A DNA stretch of 62,578 bases, counting the filler, from Globobulimina sp. (lineage: Eukaryota): NCBI GenBank assembly GCA_003354225.1. It is 40 parts of 40 records of this genome, joined end to end, with 100 filler letters (N's around TTAATTAATTAA, not from the genome) between each part and the next. Parts side by side here need not be neighbours in the genome. Positions count along the whole stretch, not along the records: positions 1 to 1,468 come from PIVH01016198.1; positions 1,569 to 3,036 come from PIVH01016199.1; positions 3,137 to 4,604 come from PIVH01016200.1; positions 4,705 to 6,172 come from PIVH01016201.1; positions 6,273 to 7,740 come from PIVH01016202.1; positions 7,841 to 9,308 come from PIVH01016203.1; positions 9,409 to 10,876 come from PIVH01016204.1; positions 10,977 to 12,444 come from PIVH01016205.1; 32 more parts are not named here. One strand, 5' to 3'. The position numbers and the translations under genes were made by a program. The notes beneath the pieces are model-generated. The model worked only from the letters and a program-made list of their open reading frames with translations. It made no database searches and was not told where the DNA came from. This document shows, in pieces, positions 1-11,023 of this stretch (within the stretch, counting starts at the first letter, position 1; the number at the start of each line of letters is the position of its first letter).

Positions 1-1468
1 GCACTGCTGCTAAAAACCAATGCGTCAGAAACCCTAAAAATACAGTTTTCAATGTAATGAGATTAATTGGCAGAAAGTTATGCATCTATATACCTTCAAA
101 TTTATCCATATCATCATATGACAATAAATAGATTTGATGATCCAATGTTGCAGTCTGATATTAAATTATGGCCATTTAAAGTTGTCAAAGAATCCCGTAA
201 CAGGCCAGCAGTTGAAATCCAATATAAAGCACACAAAAAAATACTTTTCCCACAAGAAATATTAGCAATGCTTCTCGTGTATCTTCAAAAAATAGCTCAC
301 GATTATATTGGCACAAAACCTGCCAACACCGTCCTTTCCGTTCCTGCCTATTACAATACGACGCAACGCCAAGCTGTCAAGGATGCAGCGAAAATTGCCG
401 GATTAAATGTGCTACGAATAGTGTCTTCCCCCACTTTAGCCGCCATTCCATATGGTTTGGCAGACAAAAAAAATAACAGTGACGAAAAACTGGTGCTCGT
501 ATTTGATTTTGGCGCTGGTACATTGAATATAGCGTTGGTCTCAATGGATGACGGCGTGTTTGAAGTGAAAGCTGTTGCCGGCAATGCAAACTTAGGCGGC
601 AAAGATTTTGACGACATTTTGGTGAATTATTGTGTTGGACAATTCTCTGAGAAGCATAAGTTGGATTGTACTCAATCGGAAAGAGCAATGTCGAGACTAC
701 GCAAACAATGCGAAAGAGCGAAGCGTACGCTTTCAAGTGCGATTCGAGCTAACATTGAAATTAAATCGATTGTTTCTATGATGGTATTGATTTGTTTACG
801 ACAATTGGCCGGGAGCTATTTGAGGAATTATGTGCTGATGGTTTTGATAAATGTGTGGGATTAATAGCAAATATGTTGGCTAATGTGGGCGCAGATTGTT
901 ATAGAACGACTGTTGCGAAAACTGATATTGATGAGATTTTATTAGTTGGTGGTTCCAGCAGAATACCAAAAATCCAACAACTGCTTAAAACGTATTTCAA
1001 TGGAAAAGCAAGTTGTAAGTCAATTAATTCTGATGAAGCTGTTGCGTATGGCGCTGCTGTTCAAGCAGGTAAAATGTATAAATACCGGTGATAAATATAT
1101 TATAATTATAATTATACATAGCTATATTATCCGGATTTGAGATGGGCGATGCTGGGGATGTTTTATTGCTGGATGTTGTTCCATTTGCATTTGGTATTGG
1201 TAGCAGTGGCAAAATCAATCTTGATATGTACACTAAAACCGGCAGTGATGCTGATGATGACAGTAAAGGAGACAAAGGAGAGAGTCAAACAAGAGATGGT
1301 GTTTCAGCGAATGGGGGAGATATTTTTTTAGAAATGATTCGATCAAACCAAACTATCCCATGTAAAGCTAATGGTCTTATAACAACACAGGAAGATAATC
1401 AGAGCAGTGTATTGATTGAGGTTTATGAGGGCGCTCAAGCATTGACAAAGGATAATCATTTTTTGGCT
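1..1468 (+). pseudogene. HSP70: Divergent, frameshifted Hsp70 (partial at both ends)
   Basis: Hsp70 motifs [80 protein letters not shown] introns 77-131 and 1069-1121. A 5-nt duplication (aaatt/aaatc, ~759-770) shifts the frame. Confidence 0.88.
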
Positions 1469-1568
1469 NNNNNNNNNNNNNNNNNNNNNNNNNNNNNNNN
1501 NNNNNNNNNNNNTTAATTAATTAANNNNNNNNNNNNNNNNNNNNNNNNNNNNNNNNNNNNNNNNNNNN
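1469..1568. other. Artificial contig spacer (first of 39): N44-TTAATTAATTAA-N44
   Basis: An identical 100-nt spacer recurs about every 1.57 kb. The 12-mer gives stops in all six frames, and contig lengths fall 1468>1467>1466, as in a length-sorted concatenation. Confidence 0.99.
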
Positions 1569-2829
1569 CGAGGCCATCATCAATGTAAATAAAATGTATG
1601 TATCCTTTGGCCCGCCAGTGTGCCAAAACAGGTTTAAGCAACTTAGTAACTAACCGGGGAACTGGGGACAAGCCAAATGGACAAACCATAAATTGCGCGT
1701 AAATTTTTTGTCCCTGTAAATCGAAAGAGAAACCTAAATATTTTTGAAATTCAGGGGCTATTGGAACATGGTGGAACCAGCTCTTTAAATCGTATGTAAA
1801 CGCAAACCCATTCACTGGAAAATAGGGGGCGGCCGTTTGCAAAGTATCCATACGAAAAGACTGCTTATAAATATAAGTATTGACAGTCGACAAGTCCAAA
1901 ATTAGGCGCTTCTTACCCGAGCGCTGCTGCACAGCAACCTGCAGTGGACTAACACAATGAGGCACATAAGGGACAATTTTTGCAAATCCATTACGTAAAA
2001 GTCCCGCGATTTCGTGGAGCACAAAATCGGGGTGAGCATTAGCGGTACCATTATTTTTCCGAAATAAATTTGGTGGGTTAGAAATAAAAGGAATACGATA
2101 ACCCGAAGTAATAACATCTTGCACAAATTTAGGAGCCCCAATACGCTGCCAAGCTTTAATAGAACGGGCTAAAGACCCATCAATTGGTAAAAAAGGGATC
2201 TGATCCCATTGCGGTTGCAACCAACTTAGCAACACATCACTCGTGCACCTCGGCAAATCCCGACTCCGACTGTCAGAGCCACAAACACAACTCAAAATAT
2301 CACACCCATCAGAAACAACAGACTTACTTGAAAGTACACTAATATGGTCGTTTGGTATCCCGACCTCTGGCATAGGGATATTGTCGGTTTTGCGGACAGT
2401 CTCTTGCATAATGATCGGTTTGGGAGCATTTGAAACAGCCAGACTGGGCTTTTCCCCCAATTTGGGAACGGTTGTCATAGCGGTCGCCTCTGCGCTCATC
2501 GCGCCTGCCAGATGAGAAACGTTGCTGATTCCAGCGCTGATTGGAACGACGCTTTTTGTCGGTTTCTTGTTGTTGATCGGCGAGGAGCTCCTTGTGAAGC
2601 TTGGTGTACTTCTTTTTCTCGGATTCATTTTCGAAGGCTGGTGGGATTCGCGCAGCCGCGACCACCTTGAATCCAAGTTGAAATTCGTCCGCCATTCGGA
2701 TTTCTTTGAGGAGGGTGGCAACTGTCCGAGCGGCCGACATGGTTTCTTTCGCGAAATCTTCGGAGGTGCCATCCAGAATCGATAATAAAGGAAGCAAAAC
2801 AGGGTACAGCTCTTCGTATCTGGCAGCAC
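1569..2829 (-). CDS. pol: Reverse transcriptase, DIRS/PAT-like (3' partial)
   Basis: GYRIPF, VSPLQV, GKKRLILDLSTVN, YDLKSWFHHV, KYLGFSF, PFGLSPVPRLVTKLLKP and catalytic YIDD. Confidence 0.93.
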
Positions 2830-3036
2830 AGACAGGTTTCTTGAATTTGAGCTGATCCGGCGATATACAAAGCTTTTTCAAACGTTCGGCAAGAGTAAAG
2901 GCGGTTTCTTCAGGATGGTCGAAGACCGCAGAATCGGGGGAACTAGAACGGTTAAGCTGCGATTTGACGACAGAGAGTTCTTCACGTAAAGCGACGACTT
3001 CTTCTTCAAGAGTCAGAGTAGCTGATGAAGTAGGAA
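2339..3036 (-). CDS. gag: Gag-like protein with CCHC zinc knuckle (5' partial)
   Basis: The frame is open to the contig end. CFKCSQTDHYARDC fits CX2CX4HX4C. KEIRMADEFQLGFKVV..ESEKKKY resembles gags of animal DIRS/Ngaro-like elements. Confidence 0.82.
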
Positions 3037-3136
3037 NNNNNNNNNNNNNNNNNNNNNNNNNNNNNNNNNNNNNNNNNNNNTTAATTAATTAANNNNNNNN
3101 NNNNNNNNNNNNNNNNNNNNNNNNNNNNNNNNNNNN

Positions 3137-4078
3137 GAGCAGGATACGATAATAAAAAATGGAAATAATACATTGGTAACGACAAACAATGGATTTCGTG
3201 CAACTCGCAACCGAATCATTGAATATCTGCCATTGAATTCTTTTTTGCTCCGAAAATCGCACCAAACTGGAAATAGCACCACTTCATTCATCAAAGACTC
3301 TTTTAATCCAATTTTAATCGGCTTAGTATGATGTTGCTCAATGCCTCGGTTTGATGTTTTGCTGCCTTTATTCCCCCAAAAGTTATCTATATAATAAGTT
3401 ATTTATATGTACAACAACAAAATTGCTATTAAAATATACACATATACGTTGAAGAGGATATTTTTCCTCGTCAATATAATCTAAAATACAAAAGTAATCC
3501 ACATTAAATCTGATCTTTAGATTAAGAAACTGCGAATCGAATGGAAAATAGAATAGCTCCAAACACTCATTTAATTCGGCTGTTATGTAATACTCTGAAT
3601 GCGCCATTTTCGTGCTTTGATTGTAGCTTAATTTGGGAGCTTCGATATGAGTTATTTTGATCAATGATGGTTGAAATAATATTTTATTCGCATCGATTGG
3701 AAGATAATATGATAACGAAGATTGACGCAAATCCGCGATATGCACAATACGTTGACCTTCATCATTAGTATATACATACATTAATTTAGCTTGTGTTGGA
3801 CGAATAGGATCTGGCTTATCGTCGGCGGTATCCTTGACATCGAGATCCAGACTCTCAAAACTATCCATTCTGTCGAAAGTATGCAGCTTCTTCGGTGCTT
3901 TGGGCCATTTCCAAAAAGCATCGATCCATCCTGTAATTGAAAATGATTCCTTTTTTATGCTAAAATCATCGAGGCGGAGATCGCACGATAACCAGACACG
4001 TGGTTTACTATATTTTTCATTTTGCAATGGACTTAATTCCACTATTTCTGCCAACTTTTGCTCTCCATCAGTTTGCAT
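3137..4078 (-). CDS. Cys-less (Pro-loop) pentameric ligand-gated ion channel subunit (3' partial)
   Basis: Pro-loop motif LFYFPFDSQFL. Intron 3447-3387 joins it to RVARNPLFVVTNVLFPFFII (pre-M1/M1). Confidence 0.7.
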
Positions 4079-4255
4079 TTTTTTGTTTATGATTTTAATT
4101 GTTTTTTACTTAAAACCTTTTGCAAAAGTAATACATAGTAATACTTATAAAAATAAAACCGTGGAATTGACATTATTTATACACAAACGTAAACTACAAG
4201 TCCGTAACTATAAATTGAGACATTCATCATTCTGCCAAGAACACACAAACAAATA

Positions 4256-4604
4256 TCAGTAACAAACAGCCTCCTTACTTTTGACATCGGCGTCCACCTC
4301 GCACACAATCGCAGTGCCATTGCAAAACGTGCCCAGCCGCACCACCGTATAAACCTCAGTGCCCGACTGCAGCGCGCACGACAACTCCGCAGTCACTCTC
4401 AACTCCAAAATGAAATGTCCCGGCGGATCCGCCCCATTATGCCGCAACTTGCAACTTTGCTGCCATTCGCAAAAAGTGCCGTTGGGCGGACTCAAGGTAC
4501 AGCCGCCTAACTTGAACCGCTTAGTATCATTCACTTTGGCATTGCCCTTTTCTGTGCGCGGCACCTCAGTGCGCCCATCCATGTAAGTCATGCGAGTGCC
4601 AAAC
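4256..4604 (-). CDS. Hypothetical protein, C-terminal part
   Basis: GC-rich open frame from the contig edge to a stop; no recognisable domain. Confidence 0.45.
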
Positions 4605-4704
4605 NNNNNNNNNNNNNNNNNNNNNNNNNNNNNNNNNNNNNNNNNNNNTTAATTAATTAANNNNNNNNNNNNNNNNNNNNNNNNNNNNNNNNNNNNNNNN
4701 NNNN

Positions 4705-6150
4705 CAAATAATGAAATACTTTTATACATTTTTAATAAATTATAAATAATTTCATTTGTATTTGCTGCGAAATAATATGTTGAATGATCATATGAAACAG
4801 TGATAATCTTTGACATAACGTTAATTTTTCTATTATTTTTATTATCAGCATACAGTTTTAATTTTATTCCCATTCTATCCGTATTTTTCGGTAATGCACA
4901 AATTTGAAAGCTATATGTATTAACACCGCGGCATTGAAGTTGGAATAAACCATAAAATATATCACTATGAATCTGTTTATATTCAATGGATGGCACAGAT
5001 GAATGACGTAAATGTTGATTCCATGAAAAACTGTCAATTTTAAAAATTACTGTAATTGCATAAACAAACAACACAAAAGCACATTCAACATAACTTTAAT
5101 TTATTTGATTTTGAATAATTTATATATTGATAGCTGTAATCAAACGCGGTGCGATTATTTGGATGGTGCCGAACTTTTAAAATGTTGATACAAACAGTAA
5201 ATGATAATTGATTCAAACGTCGAACATATTTATTTTCACATATTATCCAATCAAATGGCACATAGTTATTATCATTGTTATACTCAATCTTTCCATCATC
5301 ATCACGTGGACCTCGCCCATATAAATCAGCATTGGTATTCGTATCATTTTGGTCTAATTTGTAAATTGTTGAATATTGAGCATTATCCATTTCATCACAA
5401 TCAAACTCAGCATGAAATATCACAGAAGCATACATTTTCGATAAGGGAAATGCCTGAATTGCAAATAATTAATTTAGAAAAACAAAAATAAATTGACAAT
5501 ATATACAAAATACCATTAAACTCAATACAAAATTCGCATTTGTTGCTGATTCTACCTCTGATAATCTCGAATTATTTCGGTTATATACACCTCCTCTTCG
5601 TGGCGGGCCTGGCGGCGGCAATGCAGCGGGGACCTCGGCGACATGTTGCATGTGTTTCGGTGTATTTTTATCAATATATGAATATGGACGCAATTTCAAG
5701 AAAAAAATCAATATTTTGTCTATACCAATATCAAATACATCTGATTCAAATGATAATATTTCTTTTTTTTGCCGGGTTCTACTTCGATGGCTATCTCCAT
5801 CTCCATCTCTACGACCTCGACCTCTGCCTCTACCTCTACCTCTACCTGTACCTCCACCTCTACCTCCACCTCGATAACCTCCTCTGCCTCGATAATAAGT
5901 ATAACCACGATCTCGCTCTCTCTCTCTGCCTCTGCCTGCACCTCTTGCGGGTACCGGTGAGTTAGTGTCGACTTGTTGTTGTTGGGTAGTTATCCGATTC
6001 AAAATATCTTTGTCTGTGATAGTCCACGTGAATTTACTACCATTCATCTTGGGATAATAATACAAAATGACTTCAATGATAGTAGTTGGAACATGTTTGG
6101 CTTTATTGTGAGTTCGGGAATAACCAACAATTAATTTTTCGAAGTTTATA
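4705..6150 (-). CDS. Multi-exon protein: LxxGYxR..PxxI..YY motif, MATH-like segments and an RG-rich insert
   Basis: Three consecutive minus-strand ORFs separated by short AT-rich gaps with GT/AG ends. FTWTI/FESDVF/FTVCINIL strands; RGRGRG tract at ~5810-5950. Confidence 0.55.
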
Positions 6151-6328
6151 TTGTACAGGTATAGGAATATATNNNNNNNNNNNNNNNNNNNNNNNNNNNN
6201 NNNNNNNNNNNNNNNNTTAATTAATTAANNNNNNNNNNNNNNNNNNNNNNNNNNNNNNNNNNNNNNNNNNNNCTAATATTGAGCCCAGCCACGATAAAAG
6301 CATATGCCGGCCGGGTTGAGGAGACGCT

Positions 6329-6943
6329 AAAGGAACACAAGCGCCACGGTTGGAAAATAAGTTTGTAATTCCTCACTTAGCCACAGGTGATATGTTAAGA
6401 GCAGCCGTTGTGGCTAAAACTGAGTTTGGTAAACAGGCAGAAATATTAATGAATAAAGGCGAGTCAGTTTCGGATGATATTGTCAACGGAATTATTGCTC
6501 AGGTTATAACCTCGGATAAATGTAAAAGAGGGTTTATTTTGGATGGTTATCCACGAACTGTCCCTCAAGCAATATTTTTGAATGACACATTAAAAGCGAA
6601 TGGAAGAAAGATCACTCATTTGATAGCCATAAATGTTCCATTTGAAGAGTTGGAAGTTCGTATTTTAGGGAGATGGATCCATAACAAATCGGGAAGATCA
6701 TATCATAGCGTTTTCAATCCGCCGCAGGTGGAAAGGAAAGATGATTTGACTGGAGAGGATTTAATGAAAAGGAAGGACGACAATCAAGAATCATTAAGAA
6801 TGAGATGGAATGCGTTTCAAAAAGAGACTCTTCCGGTGGTTGAATATTATAAAAATAGTGCGATTAAGGAATGTGTATTTGAAATTGATGGTAATTGTAA
6901 ACCGTCACAAGTTTCGCAAAAAATTGACGAATATTTGGAATGA
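6329..6943 (+). CDS. adk: Adenylate kinase (first half of P-loop missing)
   Basis: KGTQA, HLATGDMLRAAV, GFILDGYPRTVPQA, RWIHNKSGRSYH LID region, RKDDN. Confidence 0.9.
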   Translation, partial: KGTQAPRLENKFVIPHLATGDMLRAAVVAKTEFGKQAEILMNKGESVSDDIVNGIIAQVITSDKCKRGFILDGYPRTVPQAIFLNDTLKANGRKITHLIAINVPFEELEVRILGRWIHNKSGRSYHSVFNPPQVERKDDLTGEDLMKRKDDNQESLRMRWNAFQKETLPVVEYYKNSAIKECVFEIDGNCKPSQVSQKIDEYLE

Positions 6944-6994
6944 TTTTGTTAATAAATTTGATATTCTGACCTTAAATAACAGTTAATTTGCAAT

Positions 6995-7740
6995 CTAAAT
7001 CATATCAGATAATCTTTGGCTGAGTGTGCACATATCATGATCAATATTGTCACCATAAACTGATGTATCGAGGCTAAGTGAGCATGTTTGCATTATTGAT
7101 GATAATCTCCAAACTCTTTGTTTGTCGTCGAATACATTATTTACTGTTTCATCTTCATTCACTGTGGCACTTTCAGTGAAATGTTCCATTTGCGATGGAA
7201 ATATGGCAAACATAATACCCTCAGATTTTAATCTTAATAAAAAATTTATTTTGTGAGCATGTGTTACAAAATACATTCCCTGATTATAGTTTGTTTGATT
7301 GTAACCATCATAGTTATCACTTGTTAAAAATAATGTAAATGTCAATTCATATCCGGTATCCTGGTGAATTGCATCTGAATTAATTACTTCTTTGATTTGT
7401 GATACAGTTAAATTACTAACCTGTGTATAAATATTGCGTATCAACCATTTGTTTTGTGTAATATCTAACCAATTTGTCAAATATCTATTTGTTTTGTTCA
7501 CTGCTTTCCCAAATAATAATTTGTATACATTATCAAGCACATTTTGCTGTGCTTTGATTAAATCATAGTTATTCCTCATCAAATTAATATCAGTATTCCC
7601 AGTCTTGGATTGTAAATACACAGTATTCAAATATGGATCATAATGTGGTGAAGATTGAATTTGTTTTCCATGAAAACTTGCGTTTCGTGGAAATGTTGAT
7701 CGGATTTGTTCTACGGATTGTTTTATTATTTCATTGTTAA
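6995..7740 (-). CDS. Hypothetical protein (5' partial)
   Basis: Open frame of more than 210 codons in AT-rich DNA, convergent with adk. Confidence 0.55.
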
Positions 7741-7840
7741 NNNNNNNNNNNNNNNNNNNNNNNNNNNNNNNNNNNNNNNNNNNNTTAATTAATTAANNNN
7801 NNNNNNNNNNNNNNNNNNNNNNNNNNNNNNNNNNNNNNNN

Positions 7841-8376
7841 ATTGCCAGCAATTGACCTGAAAAATCTTTTAAGATCCAATTGAATGTTGCTGCCAAAGGT
7901 ATGCTGCCGTATCCTAAGCCGAGGGCATAAAGTAAGGATTGAGTGGCCAACACAGCATTGGCTGCACCAAATATTGATCCTAAATTAGTTCGTAATGTAT
8001 ATGGCAAATAATTTGGAGTTACAGAATGCGGGAAATCATGTGGCAGATAATGACGTGCTATTTTTCGAAATTTTGCATTTTTACATAGGATTGTTGGTAT
8101 ATGCAGTGATTGTAATGATGTTTCTAACTGTTTGGTGTCATCAGCTACATCAAATCGTATTGTTTCTGTTGAGTCCAAGTTAAAAGTATATCTATTACCA
8201 TTGTATTGTTGTGATATTGAATTGTAAACAGAGTTTGATGATTTTAATTTGCTTGAATCGGAAAAATATCTGTTCAATCTAACAAACTGTGCTCTTTTGA
8301 ATGGTCGGTAATAAATATCAGAACAACAACAGATTGTGCATGGTTTTAACTGCTTTGTTACATGCAACGAAAGCAT
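7841..8376 (-). CDS. RUS1/ROOT UVB SENSITIVE (DUF647) family protein (3' partial)
   Basis: LPHDFPHSVTPNYLPY, VLATQSLLYALGLG, AATFNWILKD..GQL; basic N-terminus resembling an organellar presequence. Confidence 0.85.
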
Positions 8377-8432
8377 GGTTTACAAAAACAGATTAAATAA
8401 AAAGTGCGAGCAACACTGGCACCGACAACGGA

Positions 8433-8879
8433 TTATTTTGTAACTTTTTGGACAATTTTGCGAAATCTTTTTATTATTTTATGCTTAGATTGCTTATCTA
8501 ATGAATATTTCTTATTCTTTGCATTCAAAACAAATTTGACTCCCTCTTTTTTCAATAATAACATTTTTCTATTGATTTGGACTCCGTTTCTTTTTCCACT
8601 AAATCCGCCAATAAATCCATTATGACCAATGATTCTATGACATGGAACCATTAATTTTGAATCAACATTTTTTAAATCAATTGGCCATGGATTACGTTTT
8701 AATGCTTGACCAACTGCTTGAGCAGATTTGCAATTTATTAATTTTGCGATTGAACCGTATGTTGCTACAGAACCTGATGGGATTAATCTGGTTGCTCCAT
8801 ACACTTTCTTTTGAAATTCTGTTATTTTATCACTGCTTGGCATTAACAGGTGTACATAATCCAATGGTTGATCATCCAT
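8433..8879 (-). CDS. MGMT: O6-methylguanine-DNA methyltransferase (C-terminal domain only)
   Basis: TEFQKKVY..IPSG.V.TYG.IA, AQAVGQALKRNP, active-site VPCHRII, K..LL..EGV. Confidence 0.92.
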   Translation of the reverse strand: MDDQPLDYVHLLMPSSDKITEFQKKVYGATRLIPSGSVATYGSIAKLINCKSAQAVGQALKRNPWPIDLKNVDSKLMVPCHRIIGHNGFIGGFSGKRNGVQINRKMLLLKKEGVKFVLNAKNKKYSLDKQSKHKIIKRFRKIVQKVTK

Positions 8880-8943
8880 TTCGAGAAGTACAGAATAAAA
8901 TAAATAAATAACAGCTTTTTAGTTAAAACCATAGCTTTACACA

Positions 8944-9297
8944 ATGGGTAACCAAGTCTCTAAAACAAAACTATCAATCGATTTAAATGCAAAAGATATT
9001 GTATCACAATCATCTAAACGCGTTAGTTCCCCATCAGAATCATTTTCAACCATAACAGCCAGATTATCATCCAATTTATCTAAATTAACCCCAATATCCG
9101 GAACACCAATATTCCATTCACCATTTCCCTCGGCACAGCAACATATAAATAATGGCGTTACCGGTACATTTATTTCGTATAAAATAACTAAAATAGCCGC
9201 CAAATTCTGGCAACAAAACATCCAAAACTTACCAGCCAATCAACGATTAGTTTTGTCATACTTATTTAGCTATTTTTCATTGGTTTTTTGTATCTAA
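8944..9297 (+). CDS. Hypothetical protein with MG(N)xxS myristoylation-type start (probably continues after an intron)
   Basis: MGNQVSK start, 64 bp from the divergent MGMT start. Confidence 0.45.
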   Translation: MGNQVSKTKLSIDLNAKDIVSQSSKRVSSPSESFSTITARLSSNLSKLTPISGTPIFHSPFPSAQQHINNGVTGTFISYKITKIAAKFWQQNIQNLPANQRLVLSYLFSYFSLVFCI

Positions 9298-9550
9298 TCA
9301 ACATACAANNNNNNNNNNNNNNNNNNNNNNNNNNNNNNNNNNNNNNNNNNNNTTAATTAATTAANNNNNNNNNNNNNNNNNNNNNNNNNNNNNNNNNNNN
9401 NNNNNNNNGGTAATTTCTCGTCTTTAAGAGGCAAATAAAGAATCTTTGTTTCTTCTGTTTTCAAATTTAACGACATGTTAAGTACGTATGGTCGAAACCT
9501 CTCAAAAAAAACACGCAAGCTAGTTCAGTGGCCTTGGTATTACCATCTTA

Positions 9551-10876
9551 ATGTTGCTTTTGTTGCTTTCTGTCATTATTGGTTTTGCATTCGCATACTT
9601 TCAAGATTGCGATGAAAACAGTAGTTGTGATTTCTGTTTAATAAACAACGATTTCCTGGTCGGAACATTGCGGATTCGTGAATCAGGAATATTTTGTTTA
9701 AATGAAAATATTTATTTTAATCCATCCCCAGGAAATATAGAAACGCCAAATGCTTTTGGTTCATGGTTTCCATCTTCAAATGATAACTATCCCGGTTCTG
9801 GTTCTTTAACTCAATCAAATGGCGCATTTGCTTTAGGATATTTTGCTGCCATATCTATTGAAACAAATAATGTTGAATTGGATTTAAATGGTTACACAAT
9901 ACAAATGCATTGGCATTTTTATTTACAACAAAGATTTTTTAGTGTGATTGGAATAGCGTCAGCTCCGAATACGAATACGATTATCAATAATGTAACTATT
10001 CATAATGGTGGAATTGGGTTGTCATCACAGCATGGAATACATGCAAACAATGCGATTAATGTCGTCATTAAAAACCTAAAAATAACTGAATTTCAAGTGG
10101 CCGGTATTGATTTAATTGCATTTTCAAATGTTTTATTACAAAACATAGAGATTGGTCCATCATTCAACAGAGTTCCATTGACAAGTTTGGTTTAATTTGT
10201 TTTTTTTTTCATATTTTTAACGGATTTGATCGGATTCAATGATATATATTTAACAAAATAGGATATTATTCCGATGCGAGAAATTTAATTCATGCATTTC
10301 GAAGGTTATTAACAGCGATTCATAGTAAGAACAAGCCAATGCCATACATATCATTTGCTTATTTAAACGATGCTGAATCTATATCATTAGAGCATATTTA
10401 TGAGAATTTAATGGAATCAATGGATATCGCATTCCGCTACGCTGCATATAAGACAACAGAATTCGATGAGCTCCATCCATTGTATACCAAAGCAATAGAT
10501 TTATTTATTAGTAATAGTGATAATGATGGATTACCAGATGGGGATCAAATGTATGGCATATCGTTAAGATATGGAGATGTCATAAGTATAGAATCTGTGA
10601 GTATTCATGACTTACAACTTAAAGCATTTGAAATTGAAGCAATGTATTTTGATAAATGTGCAGATGAAAAATCATCACAGATTACAATATTAAAAGGTCC
10701 ATTTGATGATATTATGGATTTAACAAAAATGGTAAATGCTGAATCTGATATCAATGAATATTTTGGAAATGTATTATCCGACGAACAAATCGCATTATAT
10801 TTATATAGATATCATATTATTGATTATGAGAATTATGCATTTACATCATACATAAATCCATATTTTATAAGATGGG
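9551..10876 (+). CDS. Secreted right-handed beta-helix repeat protein (3' partial)
   Basis: Hydrophobic signal peptide; NVELDLNG, NVTIHNG.IG, HGIHANNA.NVVIKNLKI repeats. Intron 10185-10261 restores the frame to ORF 10339. Confidence 0.7.
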
Positions 10877-11023
10877 NNNNNNNNNNNNNNNNNNNNNNNN
10901 NNNNNNNNNNNNNNNNNNNNTTAATTAATTAANNNNNNNNNNNNNNNNNNNNNNNNNNNNNNNNNNNNNNNNNNNNGACATCCTTCAACAAGCACGACTC
11001 GAGTAAGTGAACAACATTTGTTT

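Larger units (their letters stand above)
1569..3036 (-). mobile_element. Internal fragment of a tyrosine-recombinase retrotransposon (DIRS/PAT/Ngaro type) with overlapping gag and RT ORFs
   Basis: Gag with CCHC knuckle overlaps an RT ORF in another frame. No protease motif is seen between them, and the contig is visibly more GC-rich than host genes. Confidence 0.88.

Noticed and set aside
5650-5965. Multiple overlapping ORFs (EVEVEV, PLPLPL, STSTST)
   Set aside because: Alternative readings of the hexamer repeat that encodes the RG tract.
6300-6330. In-frame TGA before the adk KGTQ motif as recoding or an alternative genetic code
   Set aside because: The upstream sequence does not encode a proper P-loop; more likely an intron ending in AAG or a chimeric end. 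TGA, TAA and TAG all terminate conserved genes elsewhere (Rpt6, MGMT, JmjC).
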